64,000 nt of DNA from Gaiellaceae bacterium. Its GTDB lineage: Bacteria > Actinomycetota > Thermoleophilia > Gaiellales > Gaiellaceae. Of this stretch, positions 27,907-35,730 are shown piece by piece; position 1 is the stretch's first letter; each line of letters opens with the position of its first letter. Position numbers and translations under genes: made by a program. The notes below the pieces were generated by a model. That model was not told the origin of the DNA. It worked only from the letters and a program-made list of their open reading frames with translations, and did no database searches. The stretch covers positions 7,242 through 71,241 of the forward strand of contig DATINO010000080.1 in the NCBI GenBank assembly GCA_035474195.1, given 5' to 3'.

Positions 27907-28290
27907 CTAGACGACGGTGAACTTCGTGAACATGAACGACTCATGTGGCGCGCAGTAGGCCTTGTACCTGCCCTTCGCGAGCTTGAGCGTGATCGTCTTC
28001 GTTCCCTTGAACCCGACGGACGTGAAGGTCCAAGACTTGCCTTTGGGGCCGTCGAGCTCGTAGTTGTGGATCGTCGAGTCGTCCTGGATCGTGATCGTAT
28101 ACGTGCCAGCCTTCAGAGTCTTCACGGACTTGCCGTTCGACATCAGCGAGATCTTGAAGGCATCGTTCTTGCCGACGACGCCGAGCAGCTTCGGGTGCGC
28201 TGTCTGCGAGGCCGCGAACGAAGTGGCCGCGAATGCAAGCACGATGAGCGCAATCGCGGCCGCGATTGCGATGGCGATGCGGGGGCGCAT
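27907..28290 (-). CDS. secreted cupredoxin-like (type-1 copper) protein
   Basis: GAGGAAAGGAAG Shine-Dalgarno. Signal IAIAIAAAIALIVLAFAATSFA. Candidate ligands are the His in STIHNYEL and the C-terminal YCAPHESFM (Cys-x2-His-x3-Met). Confidence 0.7.
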   Translation of the reverse strand: MRPRIAIAIAAAIALIVLAFAATSFAASQTAHPKLLGVVGKNDAFKISLMSNGKSVKTLKAGTYTITIQDDSTIHNYELDGPKGKSWTFTSVGFKGTKTITLKLAKGRYKAYCAPHESFMFTKFTVV

Positions 28291-28369
28291 TGTCTTCCTT
28301 TCCTCGAGTTCGTCACGGCTGCCTATACGCAAGGGGGCTGCCGACCGGTTTGCGTGCGAGAGTGGCCGC

Positions 28370-28723
28370 ATGGCCGAGTACGTTCGCGTCGAGCTGGAGT
28401 CGGGCGAAGTCGTGTGCGGGCGATGCCTGATGGCAACAAATCCAGCGCTTCGAGTACGCGGGTTGCTCGGGAAGAACGAGCTCCCGGCGGGGGAAGGCAT
28501 CCTGCTGCGCCCGTGTGCGTCCATTCATACGATGTTCATGCGCTTTTCGATCGATGTCGTGTTCTGCGATCGGGACTTGCGGGTGCTCTCGATCGCTGCG
28601 GAGGTGCCGAAGTGGCGCGTGCGCAGCCGGCGTGGGGCGAAGGTCGCGATCGAGCTCGCGTCGGGTGAGGCGGCGCGGCGAGGGCTGGTCGCCGGCGCGC
28701 AACTCCGTGTCGTCGCAGATTGA
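28370..28723 (+). CDS. DUF192 domain protein
   Basis: GEGILLRPCASIHTMFMRFSIDVVFCD and AIELASGEAARRGL resemble the DUF192 consensus. Start trimmed to ATG 28370. Confidence 0.7.
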   Translation: MAEYVRVELESGEVVCGRCLMATNPALRVRGLLGKNELPAGEGILLRPCASIHTMFMRFSIDVVFCDRDLRVLSIAAEVPKWRVRSRRGAKVAIELASGEAARRGLVAGAQLRVVAD

Positions 28724-28815
28724 TCGGGTTCGCCGCTCTTCGGGGCGCGGCGGCCGCTGACCGGCGACGACAATGAATTCTAAAGTCGAGGCGTAGGCTT
28801 GCCGATGGACGGTGC

Positions 28816-29109
28816 GTGCCGTCTGGTGCCCTGCCCCTGACCCTAGTCGCAGCTGTCGCCGCGATCGCCTGCTGGGTAGTGGTGCGGTTTCCAGCTTGGC
28901 AGCCGCGAACAGCAGTCGGCGTGACCGGCTGGCTTGTCTCGGCAGTTGGGCTCACGCTCGCCGCCCGGCCGACGTTCGCGCTGCTCGGCTCGGTCGCCGG
29001 ACCGGTTGCGGCGCTTGTGATCGTCGAGGTCGCGAGCGGCGTCTGCATGATGCTTGCCGTCGCCTGGACGACCCTCTGGGTCATCCGCGCGGCCGCGACG
29101 ATGCATTGA
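28816..29109 (+). CDS. hypothetical small membrane protein (3 TM helices)
   Basis: 97-aa ORF made almost entirely of hydrophobic helices. No family recognised. Confidence 0.45.
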   Translation: MPSGALPLTLVAAVAAIACWVVVRFPAWQPRTAVGVTGWLVSAVGLTLAARPTFALLGSVAGPVAALVIVEVASGVCMMLAVAWTTLWVIRAAATMH

Positions 29110-29181
29110 CTGGAGCCTGCGGGGGTGATGGGCCCGCGCGCCGTATAGTTCGACCGATGTCGTTCGTCACGCAGGTCATCC

Positions 29182-29880
29182 GTGGCAGGTCGCCGCGCCC
29201 AGGCGCGGCCGCCTCTTCCGCGTAGCCGTCACTTCCTTCGCAGCCGTGCGCTCGCCGCGGCGATCGTCGCCGGCGCGGACATCTCGCCGCGCGATCTCGC
29301 CGTCGACATCGGTGCCGGGTCCGGCCGTCTGACCGCCGAGCTCGCGACCGTCGCGCAACGGGTGGTCGCGATCGAGCTCGACCCTCGACTCGCCGCCGGC
29401 CTGCGAGGCCGCTGGCCGAACGTGCACGTGGTCACGGGCGACGCGCTCTTGGTGCCGCTCCCGGACGAGCCGTTCCGCGTCGTCGCGAACATCCCGTTCG
29501 CGTACACGAGCGAGCTGCTCCACCGGCTCCTCGACGACCCGCGCCTCCCGCTCGTTCGCGCCGACCTGATCGTGGAGTGGGGCGTTGCCGTCAAGCGTGG
29601 TCTCCCTGCGCCGAGCAGTGTCAGCGGCGTCCTCTGGGGCGCGTTCCACGAGCTGCGGGTCGAGCGGAAGTTGCCCGCCGCAGTGTTCGACCCGCCTCCC
29701 GCCTGCGACGCGGGTGTGCTGGTCGCGACGCGCCGCACGCGACCGCTGATCGCGCCGGACGAGCTACCCGCCTATCGTCGCTTCGTCGCTGACGCATTCC
29801 GCGGCGGCCGTCGCGTGGGAGGCGCGCTGCCGCGCGACCTCGATGCGCATCAGTGGGCCGAGCGGTTCCGGCGAGTCTGA
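29182..29880 (+). CDS. rRNA adenine N6-methyltransferase family protein (Erm/KsgA-like, short form)
   Basis: RHFLRS (QNFL-box equivalent), SAM motif I AVDIGAGSGRLT, motif IV VANIPF. 232 aa. Confidence 0.7.
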   Translation: MAGRRAQARPPLPRSRHFLRSRALAAAIVAGADISPRDLAVDIGAGSGRLTAELATVAQRVVAIELDPRLAAGLRGRWPNVHVVTGDALLVPLPDEPFRVVANIPFAYTSELLHRLLDDPRLPLVRADLIVEWGVAVKRGLPAPSSVSGVLWGAFHELRVERKLPAAVFDPPPACDAGVLVATRRTRPLIAPDELPAYRRFVADAFRGGRRVGGALPRDLDAHQWAERFRRV

Positions 29881-31340
29881 TCGCCCTCGTCCCAGCCCCA
29901 CTCGTCGGTCGCGTCGGCCGATGCCGCCGCAGACGCGACGTCGCGTGGATACGTGTCGAGCGCGCGGTAGAGCAGCGCGGCGCTGCCCGCGAGCGGAAGC
30001 AACATGACGACGAACGTCAGCTGCAAGCCGACCCGCCCGCCGCCGAAGACGTAGTCGGAGACGAGCCCGAAGAGGAGCGGCGCGAGTGCCTGCGCGAGGC
30101 CGCGCAGCACGGTGCGGATCGCCTCGGCGCGGCCCCAGAGCTGCGCCGGCATGATGTCGAGTCGCGCCGCGTCGAGCGGAGGGTTCTGCGCCGAGAGCGC
30201 CATCGCGGCCAGCGCCAGGTAGGGAAGGGCGCCCCACGCAGTGCGGGCGAACAGTGCGGGCACGAACAGCACGGTTGCTCCGGTCGCTGCGACCACGCTC
30301 ACCAGGATGCGACCCTTCAGGTACCGCTTGTGCACGAGCCAGTCGCCGAGGAAGCCGCCGGCGAGCACACCCACCACCGCCCCGATCCCGACGAGCAGCA
30401 GCAGCACGTTCGCGAACGCCTGGTTGATCCGATACTGCTCCTTCGCGAACTCGGACCCGAACGTCTGGATGCCGGCCAGGAAGTAGTAGCCGCAGGCGCT
30501 GGCCGCGATCAGCACGAGATTTGTCCGGACGCGGAGCACGTGGCTGACTGCGGTCGCGAAGCCCACCGTCTCGTGCCGAAGCACGAGGCTGGGGTCGGGC
30601 TCGATCCCGTGCTCGCGGGCGAGCTGTTGCGCGTCGCGCGGCTGCCCGTCGTCCGTCATCGCCTCGGGCCGAGGATGGATGCTCTCGAGCGGGGCCGTCC
30701 CGCCGCGCCGCGGCTCCGGCAGCCTGACGACGAACCACGCGAGCACGAGCGCCGGAACCGCGAGCACGACGAATGCGGCGCGCCACGAGATGGTCGCGAT
30801 GTCGCCGGTGACGGCGAAGCCGAACCCGGCGCCGAGCAGCTCGCCGGCGAGGACGTAGCCGTAGATGCGACCGCGCTCGGCGGCAGGGAAATAGTCGCCG
30901 ACGAGCGAGGCGACGAGCGGGCCGGCCGCCGCCGTCACGATGCCGAGAAAGAGACGCGACAGCAGCAGCTCGTTGAAGTTCGTGACGACCGCGCTCCAGA
31001 ACATCGCGACGCTCCAGAGCGCGATCGCCGCGCCGAGCGTCCACGTGCGGCGCACGCGGTCGGCGAGCACGCCGAACGGCATCGTCGCCACCGCGGAGAC
31101 GAGCGACGACACCGCGACGAGCAGACCGATGTCGGTGTTCGTGATCCCGAGGCCGCTCCGGAGCTCCGTTGCCGAGGCGCCCACCGTCGCGAAGTCGGCG
31201 CCACTCAGGCCGAGCACGCACGCGAGCACGACCACCACCCGGGCGCGGGTCGCTCCGCCGAGCCGCACCTCGATATGCGACGCGAGCGCGCGGCCCGCGC
31301 GTCCGGCCAGGCGAAGCAGCACTTGGCGCCGGCTCTGCAC
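29850..31340 (-). CDS. MFS transporter (12 TM, Spinster-like)
   Basis: Motif A-like GVLADRVRRTW and multiple TM helices. The 3' end overlaps the convergent methyltransferase gene by 31 nt. Confidence 0.85.
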   Translation of the reverse strand: MQSRRQVLLRLAGRAGRALASHIEVRLGGATRARVVVVLACVLGLSGADFATVGASATELRSGLGITNTDIGLLVAVSSLVSAVATMPFGVLADRVRRTWTLGAAIALWSVAMFWSAVVTNFNELLLSRLFLGIVTAAAGPLVASLVGDYFPAAERGRIYGYVLAGELLGAGFGFAVTGDIATISWRAAFVVLAVPALVLAWFVVRLPEPRRGGTAPLESIHPRPEAMTDDGQPRDAQQLAREHGIEPDPSLVLRHETVGFATAVSHVLRVRTNLVLIAASACGYYFLAGIQTFGSEFAKEQYRINQAFANVLLLLVGIGAVVGVLAGGFLGDWLVHKRYLKGRILVSVVAATGATVLFVPALFARTAWGALPYLALAAMALSAQNPPLDAARLDIMPAQLWGRAEAIRTVLRGLAQALAPLLFGLVSDYVFGGGRVGLQLTFVVMLLPLAGSAALLYRALDTYPRDVASAAASADATDEWGWDEGDQTRRNRSAH

Positions 31341-31419
31341 GCCCTAATGATCTAGACGAATCCGGAAGGCCGGTCGCCCCGTAGTCCCGGTCGAGGCAGG
31401 ATCAGAACGAAAGGAAGAC

Positions 31420-31938
31420 ATGAAGATGACCGGCAGGATGATTCGGTGGGTTCTGCCGCTCCTGCTCCTCGTGCCGCTCGGCGTCGGGGTTGCAATGGCG
31501 GCGTCCTCATCGTCGAGCGCGACCGGCACCGTCAAAGCGGTGAAGAGCACGTCGTTCGGGACGATCCTCGTCAGCTCGAAAGGGCGGACGCTGTACCGCT
31601 ACACGATCGACCGCAAGAACTCGAACCGCTGCACCTCGGACCCGGCGTGCAACAAGTACTGGCCGCCGCTACTCGTCAAGGCCGGCGTCAAGCCGACCGC
31701 CGTCGCGGGTGCGAAGGCCGGGAAGCTCGGCACGATCAAGGCGAAGAACGGCATGCGCCAGGTGACGTACGGCGGGTGGCCGCTCTACACCTTCATCGGC
31801 GACTCGGCCGCCGGCCAGACCAAGGGCCAGGCGTTCGAGAAGGAGTGGTACGTCGTGAACACGAGCGGCGGGCTCGTCAAGAGGGCAGTCGCTGCGCCGA
31901 CGCCGACCACGACATCGGGAGGGACCGCCTGGGGTTGA
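31420..31938 (+). CDS. secreted lipoprotein-like protein of the COG4315 family (Yx(FWY)xxD repeat)
   Basis: Signal peptide, then GRTLYRYTID and GWPLYTFIGD repeats typical of COG4315. AAAGGAAG Shine-Dalgarno. Confidence 0.75.
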   Translation: MKMTGRMIRWVLPLLLLVPLGVGVAMAASSSSSATGTVKAVKSTSFGTILVSSKGRTLYRYTIDRKNSNRCTSDPACNKYWPPLLVKAGVKPTAVAGAKAGKLGTIKAKNGMRQVTYGGWPLYTFIGDSAAGQTKGQAFEKEWYVVNTSGGLVKRAVAAPTPTTTSGGTAWG

Positions 31939-31942
31939 CGCC

Positions 31943-32455
31943 TCAGTGATACGCGGCGAAGACGTCGCCGCAGAGTAGGAGCAGCCTCTGCGCATAGCGT
32001 CGCGCGGCAGCGAGCGCCGTTCCCGGGGACGGCGTGAACTTCGTGCCGCCGACGGTCGGGATCACCGTGCATGTGAAGGTGCCGCGTCGGGCGTCGACGA
32101 CCGACGGGAGCCTGCCGGACTGGTAGCCGAACTTCGCATGCGCGGCGATCCCCACGAGCGAGCGGAACGCCCCGTACGGATGATCGCCCTTGTGCTGCCA
32201 CAGCGTCTGGTCGCCGTCGTCGATGCGCAGGAAGACGCGCACGCCGTTGACCAGAGCGTTGCCGCCGCGCGGGTAGAACGCGCAGTCGCTCGAACCGCCC
32301 ACCTGGATCGGCGCGGCCGGGGCGGTAAAGAGCGGCTTCACGTGCGCGGGCTTGATCGCGCGGCACAACTTGTGGTACTCGGCCTCGGTCGGCGCCGGGG
32401 CGGCCTGCGCGGCCGCGGTGACGGCGAGCGCGGCGAACATGACGAGGCTCCGCAT
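31943..32455 (-). CDS. secreted hypothetical protein
   Basis: 170-aa ORF with signal peptide MRSLVMFAALAVTAAAQAAPA and several Cys. No family recognised. Confidence 0.55.
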   Translation of the reverse strand: MRSLVMFAALAVTAAAQAAPAPTEAEYHKLCRAIKPAHVKPLFTAPAAPIQVGGSSDCAFYPRGGNALVNGVRVFLRIDDGDQTLWQHKGDHPYGAFRSLVGIAAHAKFGYQSGRLPSVVDARRGTFTCTVIPTVGGTKFTPSPGTALAAARRYAQRLLLLCGDVFAAYH

Positions 32456-32629
32456 CGCGCGAGACTAGCCGCGGGAACGCGAACGGGCGAATGCCGATGT
32501 TGCATACGTTCGTTCGCCCGCCGCCCCTACGGTGCGCGGATGCGGCCCGCCAAGGTTCGCGATGCGCACTTCTGGATCGACCACCTGGGAACGGCGTCCT
32601 GGTGGCCCGCGACCGGTAGAAAGAGCCGG

Positions 32630-33304
32630 ATGACGAACGAGAGCCTGCGCCGGCTCGTGACCCGCCTCGCCGCGCGCGGCGTCAGGATCGACGGCGCGCG
32701 CCTCGACCGGCACGATCTCGAGCGCCTCACGGTTCCCGACAGCGCGGCGGCGCGCGCCGCCGAGGAGCTCGCGACGTCGGTGCAGCCGACAGCGCTCACG
32801 AATCATGGCGTGCGCTCGTACGCGTGGGGTGCGCTGCTCGGCCTGTCCGAGTCGCGCCCGTTCGAGAGCGAGGTGCTCTACGTTGCCGCGCTCCTCCACG
32901 ACATCGGGTTGCTCGAGTCACACGATCGCGGCAACGACTTCGAGGCCGACGGCGCCGCGGCCGCGCACGAGCTGCTCGTCTCCGTCGGCTGGAACGCGGT
33001 GCGCGCCGACCGCGCCGCGCACGCGATCCGCGACCACTGGAACGGCCCCGAGAACGAGGACGAGGTCGAGTCGCTGCTGCTCGCCTACGGCACGTCCGTC
33101 GACGTCGGCGGGTGGCGCGTGAAGGAGTTCGACCCGGACACCTTCGCCGACGTCGTCGAGACCGCGCCGCGAGACGGGTTCAAGCAGCAGTTCATCGAGC
33201 TCGTCGAGAAGCAGGCGGCGGCGAAGCCGTGGTGCCACCTCGGGCCGTTGGCGGCCAACCCCGGCTTCGCCGCCCGCGTGATCGCTGCGCCGTTCGACAG
33301 TTAG
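32630..33304 (+). CDS. HD-domain protein (metal-dependent phosphohydrolase superfamily)
   Basis: NHGVRSY...AALLHDIGL provides the H...HD motif. Start ATG 32630 preferred; ATG 32540 is possible. Confidence 0.7.
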   Translation: MTNESLRRLVTRLAARGVRIDGARLDRHDLERLTVPDSAAARAAEELATSVQPTALTNHGVRSYAWGALLGLSESRPFESEVLYVAALLHDIGLLESHDRGNDFEADGAAAAHELLVSVGWNAVRADRAAHAIRDHWNGPENEDEVESLLLAYGTSVDVGGWRVKEFDPDTFADVVETAPRDGFKQQFIELVEKQAAAKPWCHLGPLAANPGFAARVIAAPFDS

Positions 33305-33660
33305 CGAACGGTCACATCGAGCGTCTGCGCCGCGCGTGCAACGGTCGATTCACCGCGCGTCGCTGCGTAGATCACCTTCGTGTGCCCGGCAGCCTTCGCT
33401 CGGAAGGTGATCACGACCGACGTGCCGATGTTTCCTTCGCCGGTCTGGACGACGACCTTCGAGTCGACCTGACGGGCGAGCCGCCACGAGAGGCCCTTCA
33501 GCTGCGGCAGCGCGATCGCGACGAGCGTTCCTTTCTGCGCGTGCACCGTGGTGACCGGCCCCTTCGGGAGCTTTCCGACGGGCGGGGCGGACGCCGCCGC
33601 CGGCAGGACGAGGACGAGTGCGGCCGAGAGAGCAGCAACGGCGGTGATCAGGCGAAGCAT
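33301..33660 (-). CDS. secreted small protein, possibly protease inhibitor I42 (chagasin-like)
   Basis: Signal LITAVAALSAALVLVLPAAASA. Beta-rich pattern LVAIALPQLKGLSWRLA...VVITFRAKAAGHTKVIY resembles I42-family proteins, but the similarity is weak. Confidence 0.45.
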   Translation of the reverse strand: MLRLITAVAALSAALVLVLPAAASAPPVGKLPKGPVTTVHAQKGTLVAIALPQLKGLSWRLARQVDSKVVVQTGEGNIGTSVVITFRAKAAGHTKVIYAATRGESTVARAAQTLDVTVR

Positions 33661-33716
33661 TGGATCGAGACCCCCTTTGTGGACAGATATCTCTGAACGA
33701 TATATCATGGCGATAT

Positions 33717-34241
33717 ATGGAGCCGACGGCAGTCACCTGGGCGGTGCTCGGACTGCTCTCGCGCGGGCCGCGGTGCGGCTACGACATCAAAGCAGCCGTC
33801 GACCGGACGATCCGTCACTTCTGGGCCGCGAGCTACGGCCAGATCTATCCGGAGCTGAAGCGTCTCGAAGCCGCGGACTGGATCGAGGGCAGCGACGGGT
33901 CGCGCGGCGGGCGAGCCCGGCGCGTGTACTCGATCACCGCGACGGGGCGCCGTGAGCTGCGTTCATGGCTGGCCGGAACGGAAACGCGTATCGAGTTGCG
34001 CGACGAGTCGCTGCTCCGCCTTTTCTTCGCCGACGTACTGCCGCGTGGCGACGCAATCGGGCTGCTGGCTGCGCGCCGCGAGGGGTACGCGCAGATGCTC
34101 GCGTACCTGCAGTCGCTCGACGACGGGGCCGGCCCGGATCCGCCGTTCGTCGACCTCGTGTACCGCTGGGCGCTCGACTACTGCGAGTGGGGGATCGATT
34201 GGTGCGAGCGGCAGGAGCGCCGGTTGCGCCGGGCCGCCTAG
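33717..34241 (+). CDS. PadR-family transcriptional regulator
   Basis: LGLLSRGPRCGYDIKAAVDRTIRHFWAASYGQIYPELKRLE...YSITATGRREL is a canonical PadR winged helix. Confidence 0.85.
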   Translation: MEPTAVTWAVLGLLSRGPRCGYDIKAAVDRTIRHFWAASYGQIYPELKRLEAADWIEGSDGSRGGRARRVYSITATGRRELRSWLAGTETRIELRDESLLRLFFADVLPRGDAIGLLAARREGYAQMLAYLQSLDDGAGPDPPFVDLVYRWALDYCEWGIDWCERQERRLRRAA

Positions 34242-34843
34242 ACGACCTGCCGGATCCGACCTGGCGGTCGATCCTCGGGCGCGGCCTGCCGCAGTTCGCC
34301 GCCGAAGCGGTCGTGCCCGTGCTCGTCTTCTACGGCGCGTGGCGTGCAGCCGGCCTCGGTGCGGGAATCGCAGCGGGGACGGTCGTGTCGGTCGCGCTGG
34401 CCGGCGTCTTGCTTCGGCGCGGGCGCGACGTGACGCTGGTTGTCGTGGGCGCCGCGTTCGTCGTCGTCCAGGCGGTCGTCGGGCTCGCGTCGCACAGCGC
34501 AACGGTGTACCTCGCGCAGCCGGTGCTCCTGAACGCGCTCTGGGGCCTCGCATGCTTCGTGTCGATCGCGATCCGCCGGCCGCTGATCGGCGTGCTCGCC
34601 GGAGCGTGGTACCCGTTCCCGGCCTGGTTCCGCGCGAGCGACGCCTTCCGGCGCGAGTTCTCCGTGCAGTCGGCAGTGTTCGGCGTGTTCTACGTCGCGC
34701 GTGCAGCACTGCGGCTGTGGGCGCTTCTCACTACAGGTGTCGGCGGCTTCGTCGTCGTCTCCGTCGCGACCGGGTCGCCGGTCGTGCTCGTGCTGATCGG
34801 CTGGGGCGTGTGGCACGCCCGGCGGACGTTCAGCGCGCTCTGA
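34202..34843 (+). CDS. hypothetical multi-pass membrane protein (DUF3159/VC0807-like)
   Basis: Five to six TM helices following PadR. No ATG is available; GTG 34202 (overlapping the PadR 3' end) or a GTG near 34312 could start it. Confidence 0.5.
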   Translation: MRAAGAPVAPGRLDDLPDPTWRSILGRGLPQFAAEAVVPVLVFYGAWRAAGLGAGIAAGTVVSVALAGVLLRRGRDVTLVVVGAAFVVVQAVVGLASHSATVYLAQPVLLNALWGLACFVSIAIRRPLIGVLAGAWYPFPAWFRASDAFRREFSVQSAVFGVFYVARAALRLWALLTTGVGGFVVVSVATGSPVVLVLIGWGVWHARRTFSAL

Positions 34844-35468
34844 CGAACGCCTCGAGGTGCGCCGCGACGTGGCGCTCCCACGTGTGCGCGCGCGGGAGCG
34901 GCACCGGGCGTCCGGCGCGGAGCGCGATCGCGTGCACCGCGCCGCGGATCAGGGTGTACGTGCCAGGGACGCCGAGCGCCTGCGCGCGCTCGAAGCCGCG
35001 GCGTGAGTTGGTGGGTGAGACGCCAGGAACGCCCGGGAAAGCGCGGTCGAGCGAACCGTGCAGCACGTCGAGCCGGCGGCCGCGGAGCGGCTCGACCGAG
35101 AGCCGGTCGGGGATCCACGGCGCGAGCCCGAGCACGCCCTCGATCCGCGGGTCGCCGGCCACGGAGATCGCAACGGCGCCGCCCATCGAGAATCCGAGCA
35201 GCAGGGTGCGCTCGGCATCGACGCGCTCGATCGCCTCGCGTGCGTCTTCGAGGCACGAGTCGAAGTGGTTCCACGACTTGATCCGGTACTTCACCTCTGC
35301 GAAGCGGACCTGGGGGAACTGCGGTGCGACCCGCCCGACGAGCCATTCGAGCGACGCACTCCATGTTCCCTCGACCGCGGCGGCCCGGCCGCCGTTCACG
35401 CAGACGACTGCGGGACCGCCGCCAGGTCCGCGCATGCGCACCTCGACGCTCATTTCCGGTCGCGCCAC
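34830..35468 (-). CDS. alpha/beta hydrolase
   Basis: Nucleophile elbow LLLGFSMGGAVA and a C-terminal His context (IRGAVHAI). Confidence 0.75.
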   Translation of the reverse strand: MARPEMSVEVRMRGPGGGPAVVCVNGGRAAAVEGTWSASLEWLVGRVAPQFPQVRFAEVKYRIKSWNHFDSCLEDAREAIERVDAERTLLLGFSMGGAVAISVAGDPRIEGVLGLAPWIPDRLSVEPLRGRRLDVLHGSLDRAFPGVPGVSPTNSRRGFERAQALGVPGTYTLIRGAVHAIALRAGRPVPLPRAHTWERHVAAHLEAFVRAR

Positions 35469-35689
35469 GCGCGCCAGACGCGCAACGGCAGCAGCCCGAT
35501 CAGCGGCGCGCGCCGGCCCAGGTCATCGCGGTCTTCCCGGTCGAACGCGCGCGCAAACCGCGCGGCCTCTTCTTCGGATGCGTAGTGCTTGCTGCCGCCG
35601 AGTGTCCCGCAGCGCTCGCACGTCCACGACATCGTGTCGTCTTCCGCGGCGAAGCGATAACGGTGTCCGAAGATTCCGCAACGAAGCAT
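35450..35689 (-). CDS. small Cys/His protein (DUF1660-like N-terminus)
   Basis: MLRCGIFGHRYRF...WTCERCG. GC3-rich codons. The stop overlaps the downstream hydrolase start. Confidence 0.5.
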   Translation of the reverse strand: MLRCGIFGHRYRFAAEDDTMSWTCERCGTLGGSKHYASEEEAARFARAFDREDRDDLGRRAPLIGLLPLRVWRAWRDRK

Positions 35690-35730
35690 TCATGAAGACT
35701 AAAAGTTGTCGGCGCGGGTAACGCCGCGTC

